A DNA stretch of 64,000 nt from Nageia nagi (lineage: Eukaryota; Plantae; Pinophyta): positions 45,632,001 to 45,696,000 of the forward strand of contig JBITNC010000001.1 of NCBI GenBank assembly GCA_050084985.1. Direction: 5' to 3'. Position numbers and translations under genes: made by a program. Shown here in pieces: positions 13,707-27,500 of the stretch. How positions within the stretch are numbered: position 1 is the first letter of the stretch; each line of letters starts with the position of its first letter. The notes beneath the pieces were generated by a model. The model did no database searches. It was given only the letters and a program-made list of their open reading frames with translations, and had not been told where the DNA came from.

Positions 13707-14881
13707 TTAAGGAATTTTGGTGAATCAAAATATATAAAATGGTGGCAAAATAATTTAAAAATATTGGCAATTTTATCCCAAAACATCATATAAGTAATGG
13801 AGATATTTCAATTTTTTTAGAACTATGTTATAAAAAAATTGGCTAGTTGATATCATTTTCTAAACAAAGGTAACAATTATAGGTGACTTTGAAATATTAG
13901 TTTATATCAAATGCTCATCTTGATAATGATCAGATGCTCATATTTAGTAGTAAGATGTTTATGTTTAGTAATAAGATGCTCATCCTCTACAACAAGTTGA
14001 TTGTCTTCAACAAGTCACTCCTCTTCAATAACAAGTCATTGGTCATTAGTAATAAATTCACTCATCTTCAATAATAAATTACTTTTATTTAGTAACAATC
14101 ACTCATCTTGAGTAAGAAGTTACTTGTATTCAGTAACAAGTCACTCATCTTTAGTACTAAGTTCTCATCTTTAGTAACAAGTCACTCATCTTCAATAATA
14201 AAATGCTCGTATTCATTAATAAGTTGCTTTTATTTATTAACAAGTCTCTTATTTATAGTAATAAGTTATTTGTATACAATAATGAGTCATATTTAATTAA
14301 AAAGAATCTATCTTCACTACAAGTTACTCATATTCAATAATAAGTTTTTCATCTTCAATAACAAGTTGCTCACATGTAGTAACAAGTTGCTCATCTTTAG
14401 TAATAAGTCATTCATATGAGTGACAAGTTACTTATGTTTAGTAACAAGACACTCATATTCAGTAACAATTCACTCATATTTAGTAACAAGTTGCTTATCT
14501 TCAGTAACAAGATGCTCATCTTCAATAACAAGTCACTTTTCTTCTATAACAAGTCAATTTTATTCTCCTCTTACAATATGATCTTATTTTTATTTAGATC
14601 TACATTCTTTTTCCTAGAGAACTTGGGTCTAATAGGTGATTTGCTTGGGAAAATTAAAAATATATATAAAATATAGGCAATAAGGTGCAAATTTGGTGAG
14701 AGTATAGTTGGCTAATTTCTATAAAAAATACTTTGAAATTATAAAATTTTGGCTAATTGACCAAGAAAAAAAAATAAACCCAAAAAAATTAGGCTACTTG
14801 GGCTCGAGCTAATGAGCATAAAAATAGCAAAATAAAAAATAAAAAATACTATAAAATAGCTACTTTGCAATAAATAGCCAC
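13707..14881. mobile_element. 1.17-kb non-coding insertion (probable non-autonomous DNA transposon) carrying a 21-bp minisatellite
   Basis: Interrupts the copia A gag RG-rich segment (…GRGQGY|AFLGRGRG…). Flanked by TATGC at 13702-13706 and 14882-14886. Short ttggc/ttggtga motifs are scattered near both ends. Confidence 0.6.
13910..14555. repeat. 21-bp tandem repeat array, about 30 degenerate copies (approx. CTCATCTTCAGTAACAAGTYR)
   Basis: Period visible directly; it produces the SNKLLIF repeats in ORFs 14108 and 14416. Confidence 0.9.
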
Positions 14882-15510
14882 TATGCATTTCCTTGGAAGA
14901 GGTAGAGGTAGTGTTGATAAGAGGAATACTCAATGTTACTATTATAACAAATATGGGCACTTTAAGAGGGAGTGTAGAGCCAAAAAAATAGCCACTGATG
15001 AAGGAAGAGTATCCAATTATGGAGAGGAGGAAGACTATGGTGAAACTCTCTTTCTCTCCATGGAAGAGACAACCAATGTAGTTGAGATAAAGGGTGAAGA
15101 GACTTGGTTGCTAAACATCAATTGCTCCAACCATATGAATGGAAAGTGGGAGCTTCTTTCCTTTATGAATCATTCTTGTAAGTAAAGCATTAAGCTTGGA
15201 AATAATAGTGACATAGAGGTGGTTGGTAAAGGCATTGTTAAAGTTGGTACCAAGCATAGAATGAAGAAGATAAAGGATGTTTATCACACTTCAGATATGG
15301 CTCATAGCTTGCTTAGTGTTTGGCAAATTATGAAGAACAACTACAAGCTATTTTTTTAGAATAGAAAATATGAAATTTTTGATAAGAATAATGGGAACAA
15401 GCATGTTACTACCATGTTTATGATAGAAAATAGGTTATTTCTATTGAATATTGAAGATAAAGGGGATAATATACTTGCAAATGTTGTTATGAATGACATT
15501 TCTTGGTTGT

Positions 15511-17193
15511 TGTTATAGGAAATTGTAACTTGCATTAAGGAGGAAGATTATTTTCTTATTGCCTTGTGCTTTAATAAGTTTGAAACATTTTAGAGGCATC
15601 TAAAATAGTAGCAATTTTGTATATATTAATCATTTTCCCAAAGCCTAGCAATACTCTTATCTTACATATTTTCCCAAAGTGTGATGAAATTCAAAGCATA
15701 AGAACTTTCCCAGCACCTTAAATATTTGTAGTTTTACAATGTTCCCAAAAGTTGATGCTCTTCACCCTTTATGTATATTCTCAGAATGTGACTAGATTGT
15801 TACCAAGGTATCTCTAAGTAAAGTAGTATGATTAACCAATATACCCCATGCTTCCCAAGAACCCAATAGACTCAACCATAACTCATTCTTATAGATCTTA
15901 GTATCATCCATACACATCCATTGGAGAAAATAATCATTTCCTATTAGTATAAATCATGACAGTCTAATTATATTGCCTAAGTTTGGAAAGATTGCATAAC
16001 AAATTATAATAATTTAAGCAAATCTTTTAACATTTATTTGATCTTATGAGAGCAAGATTTCTCAACTACATTTGGGCACTAAAGATAAAAATATAGTTTT
16101 CATTTAATATAATTATAGGAAGTTACAACTATGTAGATCAAACTTGTAACCTAGATATGCTTTAGATTTCATAATTTTGTTAAATTATAGTTAGTTGAGT
16201 ATAGGCTATAGTTTATAGATTCTCTTTAGATTCGTATTACCATTTGGAGATATTTTGAATTTAAAGCTATATATATAGCTCAAATTGATGTAAAATAGGA
16301 GGTTGGATCTTGTAGCATTTATGCCTAAGTAATGAAATATCTATTATTCCAACCTAACTCGAGTATGATGACACTTGTACATTTATTTCTTCATCTAGTC
16401 TTTGGATGGCTTAGATGACTACATTGTCTATATGTTTCATGTTGTCCATGGGATTATGAATGAAATATTTGTGACTATAGCCTCTACTCTCTTGCAACTA
16501 AATGATATATACTACATTATAGGGATTGCTATGAGTAAGGGGTCCTTCCTCCAGGTTTCAAAAGAATTTTTGGAAGCATGGGTTGGTCCTAAGCTATATC
16601 ATTTCCTTTTTTGTTGCACTTTGAACCTTTTTATCTCTTTTGGTATCTCTATCCTTTTTCCTTTTATTTTCCACCTTTCATAATGGATCAAGCACTATTC
16701 TCATGAAATCATACCAAGGAATTTGGAATCAAACTATTCTTATGTATGTGATGAGCCTTTTAAAGGGTCTACATGTTTGTCTATGGGAAGTAAACCTCAT
16801 GGTTTTAAATTTAGAGAGCTATAACAAATGGGTAACATCATCTTATCTATGAGAGATATAATCCCATATAGATCATATCCTTTTATGTGGAAAGGATGTA
16901 TCTAATTGGTTAAAGACCCAAGACAAGGTTAGCCTGTATAAAAATGGACCAACAAAAGATTAAGATCCTATTCACTTCTTTTTTTGTGGGATGCATATAA
17001 AGAATATTATTAGATATTGATCTTTAGGGATTTGAATTTTTAAAATAAGGACCATTTACAAGAAGAGACATTATATAGAAAATATATAACTTTGATGTTC
17101 TAATAATCCTATTGTTTAAGAATATCATGATTTTATCTACAATCATGGTCCATAACATTGTTTGAAAATGGCTCACCAATTTTCAAATCAACA
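15511..17193. mobile_element. Solo LTR (1683 bp) inserted in the GAG-pre-integrase region of copia A
   Basis: TGTTA...CAACA termini; TSD GTTGT/GTTAT (one transition). The host reads DISWL|WHVKFGHLNF across it. No PBS, PPT or pol inside. Confidence 0.75.
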
Positions 17194-19943
17194 GTTATGG
17201 CATGTCAAATTTGGCCACTTGAATTTCAATAACTTAAAGCTATCACATGATCTTGTCCATTGTTTGCCTCTAGTTGAAGATCCCAAATTTGTTTATGAAA
17301 CTTGTATTTTGGGTAGGAAAACAAGATAAAACTTTGAGTATGGGAAAGCATGGAGGGACTCCTTCCCACTACAATTGGTTTATATTGATTTATATGGACC
17401 AGTGTGATCAAAAAGTCTTGGTATGAATTCATATTTTCTCATTTTTATTGATGATTTTAGTAGAATGTGTTGGGTTTATTTTCTTAAACATATAGATGAG
17501 TTATTTGCATGTTTTAAATAATTCAAAGAGATTTTTGAGAATGAGAGTGAGCACTCCATAAAATATGTAAGAAGTAATAAAAGGGGAAAGTATGAATCTA
17601 ATGAATTTACTAATTTTTGGAAGGACTATGACGTTAAGAGGAAATTTACTACAACCCATACTCATCAATAAAATGGAGTAGTTGAGAGAAAAAATGGAAA
17701 CTATTTGTTGCAAAAAAAAAGTTGCATAAAATGTATTGGGTTGAAGCAGTAAGAAAATCCAATTATATTTTGATTAGATGTTCCACTAGTACAATGGATG
17801 GAAAGACCCCTTTTGAAGCTTGGTATAATAAGAAGTCAAGTGTCTACAATTTTAAAGTTTTGGTTTCTTAGCACATGCTCATGTTCCAAAATAAAATAGG
17901 AAAAAAGTGGATGCAAAGAGTGAACCATATGTGTTCATTGGTTATAGTGAAGAGAGTAAAGCATATAGGCTATACAATACTAAAACAAAACAAAACAATT
18001 GTGTCAAGGGATATCATTTTTGAGGAGGGAAAGTCTATGGAAAGTAGCAAAAATGTATGGTGAATATTGAAAAAGAAGTTACCAACTAAGAAAACACTTC
18101 AAATTTGAAGAATGTTCAGCCCAAGAGATGTATTCCTCTTCCAAATCTTCAAGTTGTGCCTCCAAGTTCTCCATCAAACCCCTCCAATATCTCCAAGTCC
18201 ACTCCAACTTCTCCTTAAGTGGAGGTAAGAATCATTTCCAAATCATCCTCCTTTCAATTTCTAGATCTTAATTTTCATCAAAGGCTTACTAGAAGTCAAT
18301 TTCATAAAATAGAGAAATTTGTCACAACAATTTAGTGATATGGAAGTGGATGATAAACCAAAGGGGGAGATGGTTAATTATGCATTATGTGCATCCCAAA
18401 AGGTTATTTTTTCTAATTTTGATCCATCATATTATAAGGAATATTCTAGAAAAAAATGTGTGTTTGAAGGCCATGCAAGATGAGCTTCATTTAATTAAAA
18501 ATAATGATACTTGTGAACGTTGTGAGTTTCCCAAAGGAAAGAGATGTGTAGGCTCTAGGTGGGTTTACAAAACTAAATATAATAGTGATGAGATAAAAGA
18601 GGTATAAAGAAATGTTGGTTGCCAAATTTTTTTCTCAAAAATATGGAGTGGATTATGAAGAGACTTTTACCTCAGTTGCAAGGTAATAAACAATGATAAT
18701 GCTTCTTTCATTAGAAGCCCAAAAGCATTGGAATATACACCACATGGATGTAAAAATTACATTCTTGAATGACTATTTGGATGAAGAGGTTTATATGCAA
18801 CAACCTAAATAATTTCTAGTGAAGGAAAAGAGAAGCATGTGTACAAGCTCAAGAAGGCCTTGAATGACCTAAGCAAGCTCCAAGAGCTAGGTATACCTAC
18901 ATTGATGGATACTTCCAAAGGTTTGGGATAATTACAAGACAAAATAAGCCAACACTATAAATTAAGAGAGAAGGTAATAATATCTTTCTAATTATCTTTA
19001 TATTGATGATTTAATTTATATGGGAAGTGATTTTATCATAAATGAAAAGTTCAAGATTGATTTGATGCATGAGTTTGATATGAAGGATCTAAGCCTCATG
19101 AGGTACTTTATTGGCATGGAGGTCTATCAATATAAAGATCATATTTTACCAAAGAAAGTATGCAAGAGACATGCTTAAAAAGTATGGTATGGATAATTTT
19201 ACCTTTATTTTAAATCTTATAGCTCATGGAGACTTACTTTGCAAACATGATGGTGCTCTAAAAGCTAATGTTATAGAATTTAGGAGAATTATAGGTAGCC
19301 TCATATTACTTTCAAATATTAGGCTTGATATCCAATTTGTTATCTTAATGATATTTAGATATATAAATGATCCTTCAATTTTGCACATGAAGGTTTCCAA
19401 ATTATGAGATATGTGCAAGGTACATCAATTTTGGTCTCCATTATTCTCATGTTGACAAGGTGGAACTTGTAGGCTAGAGTAATAGTGATTGGGGTGGTAA
19501 TATTCATGGAAAGAAATCAACTTTTAGGAAATGTTTCTCACTTGGTCCAGGTCTAATTACATGGAGCTCAAAGAAGCAATATACAATAGCACTTTTTCTT
19601 ATGAAACAAAGTATATTTCTCTTACAATAGCCAATGCTCAAGCATTGTGGCTGAGGAAGTTGCTGGAAGAGATTAGTAAGAAATAACATGGACCAACCAT
19701 TCTTTACTATGATAACCAAAGTGCCATTTCAGTTGGAACATAATTACATCCACCATAGTAGGCCAAAGCACTTTTACTTGAAGTATAATTTCATCTATAA
19801 CATGGTGGAGAAGAGACAAATTGAGCTCTAATATTGCAACACTAAGATCAATTTGGTCGATATATTCATAAAATGTGTTGCCAAAGCTTAATATATGATT
19901 CTTAGAGACTCCATGGTGATCCCTATTCACATTAAGGGGAGAA

Positions 19944-20476
19944 TATTAGATAATTAACCCTTGTAATGAGTTCATTTTTTGAGCTTCCACATTTCAGGTC
20001 CCAACCAGTAGCTTGCATATTGGCTAGTTCTAACTAACAGCTACACGATAAACCCCCAAATATGTCAACTAGTTTTCATACAACCAGTTTGATCTAACCA
20101 ACTAGCCTGCAACCCACCAGTTAGGGTCAAACAAAAATTCCTTCATAAATTTAAATATTGAAGGTATTTTTATGTATTTTTAGGCATTTTATCTAGTTTC
20201 TCAGCTCACCCTAATGTACTTGATAAGTATAGTAGTTTCAATTACTAGGGATTTACAAGCTTTATATCAATAGTTATATCTCATTCTTAAGTGGAATATA
20301 TTATTAATTGTTATTTTACAACTCTCTCCATTGAAGAGTGTATGAAGCTTCATTCTTGATCTTCATTTGATGTAATTTTATTTTTCAGTAATAGATTATT
20401 GTTCCTATTTAGTTCCTCTTTATTTTACATTATCACTTCATTATCTAAAATATTATTATCTATTTTGAATCCTCTT
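19944..20476 (+). repeat. Copia A 3' LTR (terminal bases deleted)
   Basis: tattagataattaaccc...gagttcattttttgagcttcca matches the 5' LTR; homology stops at tattttgaatcctctt where the LINE RT resumes. Confidence 0.8.
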
Positions 20477-23400
20477 AGATTGTTACTTGAGTTAATTTCA
20501 CCTAAATAAGGGGATTTTATGTAGGGAAGGTATATTCTAGATAAAATAGTAGTGGCACATGAGGCCATACATAACCTTTTTCATAAAGGAACTAGTGGAA
20601 TGTTCCTAAAGCTTTATTTATATAAAGCTTATGATAGGGTAAGCTTGGCAGTTTCTATCCAAAATATTGAAGAAATTAGGATTCAAGGAGGAATGGGTAA
20701 ATTTGATTATGAAGTGTAATTCTACAATTTATTTCTTTGTGCTTATTTATGGCCTACCCTCTCAACTATTTAAAGCTTCTAGAGGGATTAGACAAGGATA
20801 TCTTTAATCTCCATATCTATTCATAATTTTTGTAGAAGTTTTGGTTGTACTCATTTAGAAAATAAGGGCATAGAACATATTTGATGGGTTGTAGATAAAA
20901 TGAAACATAAAGTTAACACATATTCAATTTGTAGATGGCACAGTAATAATCCATAATAAAAGAAGCAATTAATATTAGAAAAGTGTTGGATGGATACATA
21001 ACATCGACAAGGAAATTTTTAAATGAGAAAAAATCCAAATTGGTTTTCTTTAATGTGGCCAAAATATTAAAGGAAAAAATAACTTATATTCTCATATTTT
21101 CAAAATCATCCCTTCCTTTGGACAACTTAGGTATTCCTCTCATAAGAGAGACCTCAAAATAAAGGACTAATTTCTAATTAAATATAGAATCCATTCAAAA
21201 CAATTTCTTTGGACTCACAAATGACTAATATTTGTAAAAAAATGTAACCCTTATGAAATCTATTCCTCAAGTTATTCTAGTATACAAATTCTCCATCCCA
21301 ATAGCTTAAATTAGCATCCTAAAATACTTCAATAAGATGATGATATGTTTTCACTAGTTTAGAGTACATAATAAATAAAAGAGTGCTCTAATAAGTTAGA
21401 AAAAGGAGTATCAACCAAAGTAATAAGGAGGAATTGGAATCTAAGTTACAATAATAAATCATCAAAACCTCACAAGAAAACTATATTAGAGATGGATTAA
21501 TAATAAGGAGCAGATATGGTTCTGAGTACTAAAATCCAAATACAACCCTTCTAAAAACATAAAAGAGATTTCATGCCATCCTATCATAGGAGCAAGATCT
21601 ATGATTTGAAAAGAAATAAGGAGAGGGGAAGAACTTACTAAACAAAGCTTATACTAAAACAAAAAGGGATAGAAAGAAGGCTTGACTTTGAGGTGATTAT
21701 TAAGAACTCTTCACACCCATAGTTACCCAATATGCTCACCTAATACCTTTGAATGAACATTTCAAAATAAAAGGATGGTATCTCATTAAACACTACCTCA
21801 AACCACCTAATCAACTATACAAGCATACCATAAAATGGAGCATGACAAAGGAAGTATTGGAGAATGAATGGTTTGAGTAGATAAATGAACTAAAAGAAGT
21901 TCTAGAGGGAAGGAAATGGCCAAGATAGAATAGCCTTGATCAACTAGCATAGGAGCATTGAAAATTCAATACTTATATAGTAAATGAAGGATACAAAAAA
22001 TAATGAATATCTCAAAAAACCCATAGAATTTCCCTAGCTGAAAATATAGTAACCAAAATGATGGCCAAAAATAAATTACTTTCTATGGAAAGTAACACAT
22101 AATAACATAATGACTTTGGACAATATGAAGAGGTAAGTTATGGTTGTACCTAACATGTATGTAATGTGTGATTGAGAGAGGGAAATAATAAATCATCTTA
22201 TTTTTGAATGCTCTTATGCTCATACAATCTAGACTTTATGAAAAATAATTTTAGACAAGCAAAGGGATCCTTCCCTATTGAAAATTCCTTTTGGAAATAT
22301 TGAGAATCCAAAAATTTCAAATCTAAGATCATGAAGATAGCTTCAAATTTGGGAATAGGTTTTATTTATTGGCAAATCTAGCTAGAAATAAATAATAGGA
22401 TTTTATTGGATGAGTTTAGACCAAAGGAAAGGACTTGGGAATTTAATAGATACTTTACATGCAAAAATCTAGGACTTTCAGATGGAAGAGGAGATAAATG
22501 GAATTTGGGCTCAACTCCAAAAATAGATGTAAAATGAAGAATCAAAAAAGGAAGAAAGAAAAAAGGAAGAAAGAAGGAAGTTTCTAGAAAAATGGTATGA
22601 AGCCCAAATCTCAAGAAAGTAAATTTTTTTAATTTCTAGTGATCAACTAGCAAAGACTAGAGTTGTCAAAATCTGCATAGAGAAAAAGCTAAGCTGGTTC
22701 ATATTTTGATTCTATCCAAAAATAGCAAAGTTAAAAAATCTATTTTATATCTTTGCTTTTTTTAATAAAATTTTTACCTTTTTTTCAAAACAAAATGATA
22801 TGATTACAATTTAGTAAAGAATACAAAAAATTAATCTATTAAAAATTAATCAATCAAAGCTAATGGTTCTATAGATAATTAAATTTATTTAAAATTATAT
22901 TTTATGTATCTAAATGATATAATTGATTTATGTGATTTATTATTGTATTTATGGAAATATTTATGATTTTCATGTCTCATGTTTTTCCTTATTTTATGTC
23001 ATGAGGTTCAAGGAGTGTTAAGTGAGGTATCTCTACTAGATAAGGAGCTCATCTATAAAAGAGGAAATGTCTTAGTTGAGAAATTAATATGTATTTGGAT
23101 AGAAAATTCAAACATTCTATGATTGGTGATTATTATCACCACCTATCATGTATATATTTTGTTCTCAATTGTTATCACTATATTCATGCTTTCACTATAT
23201 TGTAATTAGATTTGACATTGTATCATGTCCCTCTAATGAATGATCTTGAGTTTGGACAACATTATCAAGATACTAATCTATTTAATATCATATAACATAC
23301 CTACATCATGCATCAATTCACTATTGCTAAAAACTATTTAAGGTTAAAATATTGAGAGGTCATCATGAACCTCTTCAACTCATATTTGATTGGGATTCAT

Positions 23401-24129
23401 CTCAATATGTAAGAATAACAAGTTTGTGTTATCTTTTAATTCATACTTGATATGTCTATGCCAATCCATTGGATAATTGTTTGAGATATAATTATGATAA
23501 TTCTACTTATTTATTTTATTTATTTAATTATTTAAATAAAAATTATTAGTTGATTAAAAAACTTTAGTATCTATAGGTTCCTTTCCCTTATCATTAATAA
23601 AACAATATGTTTATCCCCAATAAATATTAAAAGCTAAATCTATAGTTTTAATATTCCCAATTTGAGTTACAACATGCATGTTGAAAAAACTACCCCAACC
23701 TACAAATTGTTCTTAAGTGTTAGTAGGAATCATCCAATCAATGTTAGTACTAGAAGGGGAGATATTTAGGAATAGTTGGGGGATCTCATTAGGGTTGGAT
23801 CATAGATCCCTAATATGTCAAGGGGTTAAGCAAGTTGATGAATATAGTCATCATGATGGAGAAAATTGACATCTCTATTGATATTTATAATGGTAAAGGG
23901 ATCAAGTACTTAGGTAGCATTGAATAATTATGCATAACATATTGATCAATGATAATCTCAAGGTACGATACATTATTGAATAATTTGAGATTTCATGGTT
24001 AATAGAAGAAGCATCATGTTCAAATCTAAAGTATTCATAGTCAAACAATTTAGTAGTCATGGTCAAACATAATGACTATATAGAAGAATGAAGTAATCAT
24101 GATCAAGAAGAGTACAAAAGTTAGATTAC

Positions 24130-24505
24130 CATACTTTGAGGTTGATGATGTTAGTAGAAGCTTTACCACAATATAGGACAAGGTAAAACAAAAAATGTTG
24201 TGCTTTAGAGATAATGACATTAGTAAAAAGGTATCTGTGATGCAATATCAAAAGGAAATAGAGCAATGTTGCACTTTTACAAGGATGAAATTAGCTAAAG
24301 TGTTATCATGATGAGCATAAGGAAAACTCATTATGTCATACTTTCCAAAATATGATTTCAACAAATATATTATCATGATATGATACATGGAGAAAAACAT
24401 TAAGTGTCACATGATAAGAGTAGTGATATCAGGAAATAGATTGTTGGAGCACCACACAATAAGAAATATACTAAGTATTATATGGTAAGATATATGACAT
24501 CAACA
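24130..24505. repeat. Degenerate ~70-bp tandem repeat (about 6 units), probably in an old LTR remnant
   Basis: Recurring (ctt)...atga(c/t)(a/g)t(t/c)a(g/a) cores near 24145, 24213, 24284, 24351, 24422 and 24493. A PPT-like aagggggagat lies upstream at ~23753. Confidence 0.45.
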
Positions 24506-24531
24506 TCCAATAGGTAATAAGGTATTGAATG

Positions 24532-27500
24532 TGTTGATCAATCAAATCAATTGATAGGGTTCTTATCTACAACTAAGAATCAATGGATAAATGGAAAAAG
24601 GAATAGAAAGTAAAGAAAAGTAATTCAGTTACAATAATAGTGGATCAAGCCTTTTATTAACATTAATAAATATTAGTTACAATGATATGATTACTAAACA
24701 TCTGGGCTCTCACACATTCTCTCTATCCTCATTTATCCTCTTATTGGTCCCTACTTAGAGTTGATAAATTTACATAATGAAATTGTCTCCTACTAACATC
24801 CTCCCCAACTTAATAATCCATCTCTTCCTCAAGTCAAGTTCTATAAACCTATGCCATCAATAAGGAATCTTCAACACAAGAAATCTTTAAGAAGTTTCTC
24901 TTGAGTTCTTCAAAACTTCATGAGCAGACTCTCAATTCTTTTATGATGAGTTCGTATTTTTCCACTAGTCAAAAGCATTGAATCATTAGCTATCATAAAT
25001 TCATGGTTGTAATCATAAAAAATCATTATCTTGGTAATCAATCACTTATCCATTTTATCTCATGTGGTTGCACTACAAAACTGATTGATATAGCCCCAAA
25101 AGTATATCAAAACCAATAATGAGTCACATAATCTCATATGATTTGAGGAGTAGGGGCTAGGCTAGAATTGTAATACTTTTTCATAAATTTTGGTTCTAAG
25201 TCTTCTTATAAAAACAAATGCTAGGAATTTGCTTTTATAAGTAATTTTTCTTCGTATATGTCTAACTCCCAAGCATACAAATTTCTCTTTTAAATAACTC
25301 AATTGTAATGGTTACCAAAATATCGATGGGAAGTTGGACCACTTTGTGTAGATCCAAGTTGGCCATCAATATAGATAGGATTCCTCTTCCTTTTCAGTGG
25401 ATACTTTTATTCTTTCAAGATTCTAGTGAGTTTTTAAGAATTCTATTTCAATCATCGGGTATCATGAATATCTCATTGGATTTGGATCCCCAAAATAAAA
25501 TACTTTTGAATTATTATTACCTAAGTGGTAAGGTCTTGTAAATTATTCAATGTAATTGAACACTACTCTTACGTGTGGTAACCTCACCAAGATCCATCCT
25601 AATACTCCATAATACATTGAAGGGTATTAGATCAAGAAATATTTGGGATATTCACATAAAGGCCTTCTAGTAGTGCACTTCATCCATACTCAAGGGGTTT
25701 CATATGACCAATATGAGAAGATAAATCAAAGTTTAGTAAATTCCCATTCTTCCTCCAAAAAAAATCAATGAACATTATAATTATCATTAAATACTCTTCT
25801 TTGATTCTCATCCTCCATCTATCTACCTCAAGTTGATACATAGTCTATAGTATTAGGCTTCTAAATAGGTATGCTACTATTAATAATTGTTATAAATCTA
25901 ATTCAAAATAGGGGAATAGTTTGAAAGGACTATGGTCAGCATCATAGGCTTCATAATAGAATCAATATTCCATTGGTATCTCTTTATGAGTGGTGTCTTA
26001 CTTAGTAAGAAATTTTATCTTAGGAAGTCACCAAACACTTCTATCCTTCATTACTAATTCCTTTTATAGTGCCTTATTTTTGTTCCTTATAGTTACCAAT
26101 TTTTTGTTATATTTTTAACAACTTACTTAATTATTTCTCAACTTCCTTTTTTTAATAGTTTTATTAATATATTCATGATTTTTGCATGAAGAAGAGGGAG
26201 GGACCTTCATTGTTTTACTTCAAAAAATTACAATCATCTGTAAATTCTTCATTAGTAACTATTTTCTATTTTCTGTATGGTTACCATTCCTTTAAAAACT
26301 TTCACATTACAACTCTTAACCATGGCATAATATAATTCTCTCCTATAACATCACCACTATAAGAGTAAGTAGAAGGTTGTTGAAGTTATTTTTGAATAGG
26401 GTTGAGGATCGAAAGTAGTAATTTGATTAGGTTGAACTCAAGTTGGGCGAGTATCATTCTCTTTGAAGGATCCACACCTTTGTATCATGGTTGATTTATC
26501 AATGAAAAATATCAAGCTGAGATTTGATTTAGATTCCTTGGATGGTATCAATCATCTCCTTAGTGATAAAATCCTCCACTTATGTTATTTGTTTGGTATG
26601 GACATAATTTATCTATTACAATCTCTAGTATTTTCCAACTGCTACATCCCATTCTTATTTGTTTGATTCCAAGACAAACACTTGATTATTGATTATGTTT
26701 AGCTCTTGGATTTTTTCATCTAGGATAGGGAAGTGTTGTTGGATTTCCTTTACCTATGTTATGAACTTCATAATCTACTCATTGATATATGAAAAGTTGG
26801 GTTATTTCTTCTTATTTATGAGATTTTGCATATCTACACAAACATCCTTATACTTCTATAGATCACCCTATAGCTCCATGAAATGTTTTTCTAGTTCCCC
26901 TTTATGCTCTCAAACTCTTGCTCCTTAATTCATTAGAGTTGGTCTAACTCTATATAAGTTAGTGCTACCTTTTTGACCTCCTTTGTAAGCTAGTTGATTT
27001 CTTCATTCATGATCGAGAGTTGTTCCATCTCCTTTGTGATTCAGGAAACCTCCTCTTGAAGTTGTTTATTCTATTCACTCAACTCAACTTTTTTCTTCCT
27101 TTCTAACTAAAGGAGTTTGTTGATTATTTCTTTTCTAATGCATAAATCTTTGATCTCCTTATTCCATTATTGTTGAAGAGTATGCAATTACTTTTCTTTC
27201 TATATCTAGAATTCTTTCATCATGGTCTGGGTGTTGGATTATAGTGGATCTATAGTTGCACTTGTGCTCCCTAAGTTGTTATGCTTACCTTAGTTGATCA
27301 ACTTCAACCTTATATTTTTATACCTCTTCCTTGTATGTATCCATTATTTTGACCATCTTCTCCTAGTGGTGTTGCTTTGTTTGATTGATCTCTTGTTGCA
27401 TATGTGTTACAATGATTTCAATGATATGATCTAGGTGGAAATCAATGGAAGGAAAATATTGGTGAAGTATGGTGGTAGGTTTAATAATTTTGGTGGGTTG

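Larger units (their letters stand above)
7566..20476 (+). mobile_element. Copia A: old Ty1/copia LTR retrotransposon (Ivana/Ale-like), with three nested insertions
   Basis: 5' LTR 7566-8069, PBS tgttatcagagc 8072-8083 and gag MASNTNSSIPIPKFDGSDYEY (8178). Zinc knuckle QCYYYNKYGHFKREC and protease WLLNINCSNHMNG (14883-15185), integrase, RT and RNase H remnants 17194-19930. PPT aaggggagaa 19934-19943; 3' LTR from 19944 with its end deleted. Confidence 0.9.
5560..22640 (+). mobile_element. Decayed L1-type LINE (end of ORF1; ORF2 endonuclease-RT-zf-RVT), interrupted by copia A
   Basis: ORF2 start MIIHTWNVRGL (~6018); KAPSPNGF (~7350); ILYCNVVYN cut at 7565. Resumes with LISPK*G...ILDKIVVAHEAIH (20477), then KAYDRV, GIRQGY, QFVDG (FADD equivalent, ~20925) and CVMCD*..EIINHLIFECSYA (~22160-22220). 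Confidence 0.85.

Noticed and set aside
13910-14555. CRISPR-like array
   Set aside because: Contiguous tandem units with no unique spacers, no cas genes, and a eukaryotic context
14108-14676. ORFs with SNKLLIF repeats as real proteins
   Set aside because: By-product of the 21-bp tandem array; no start context or domain
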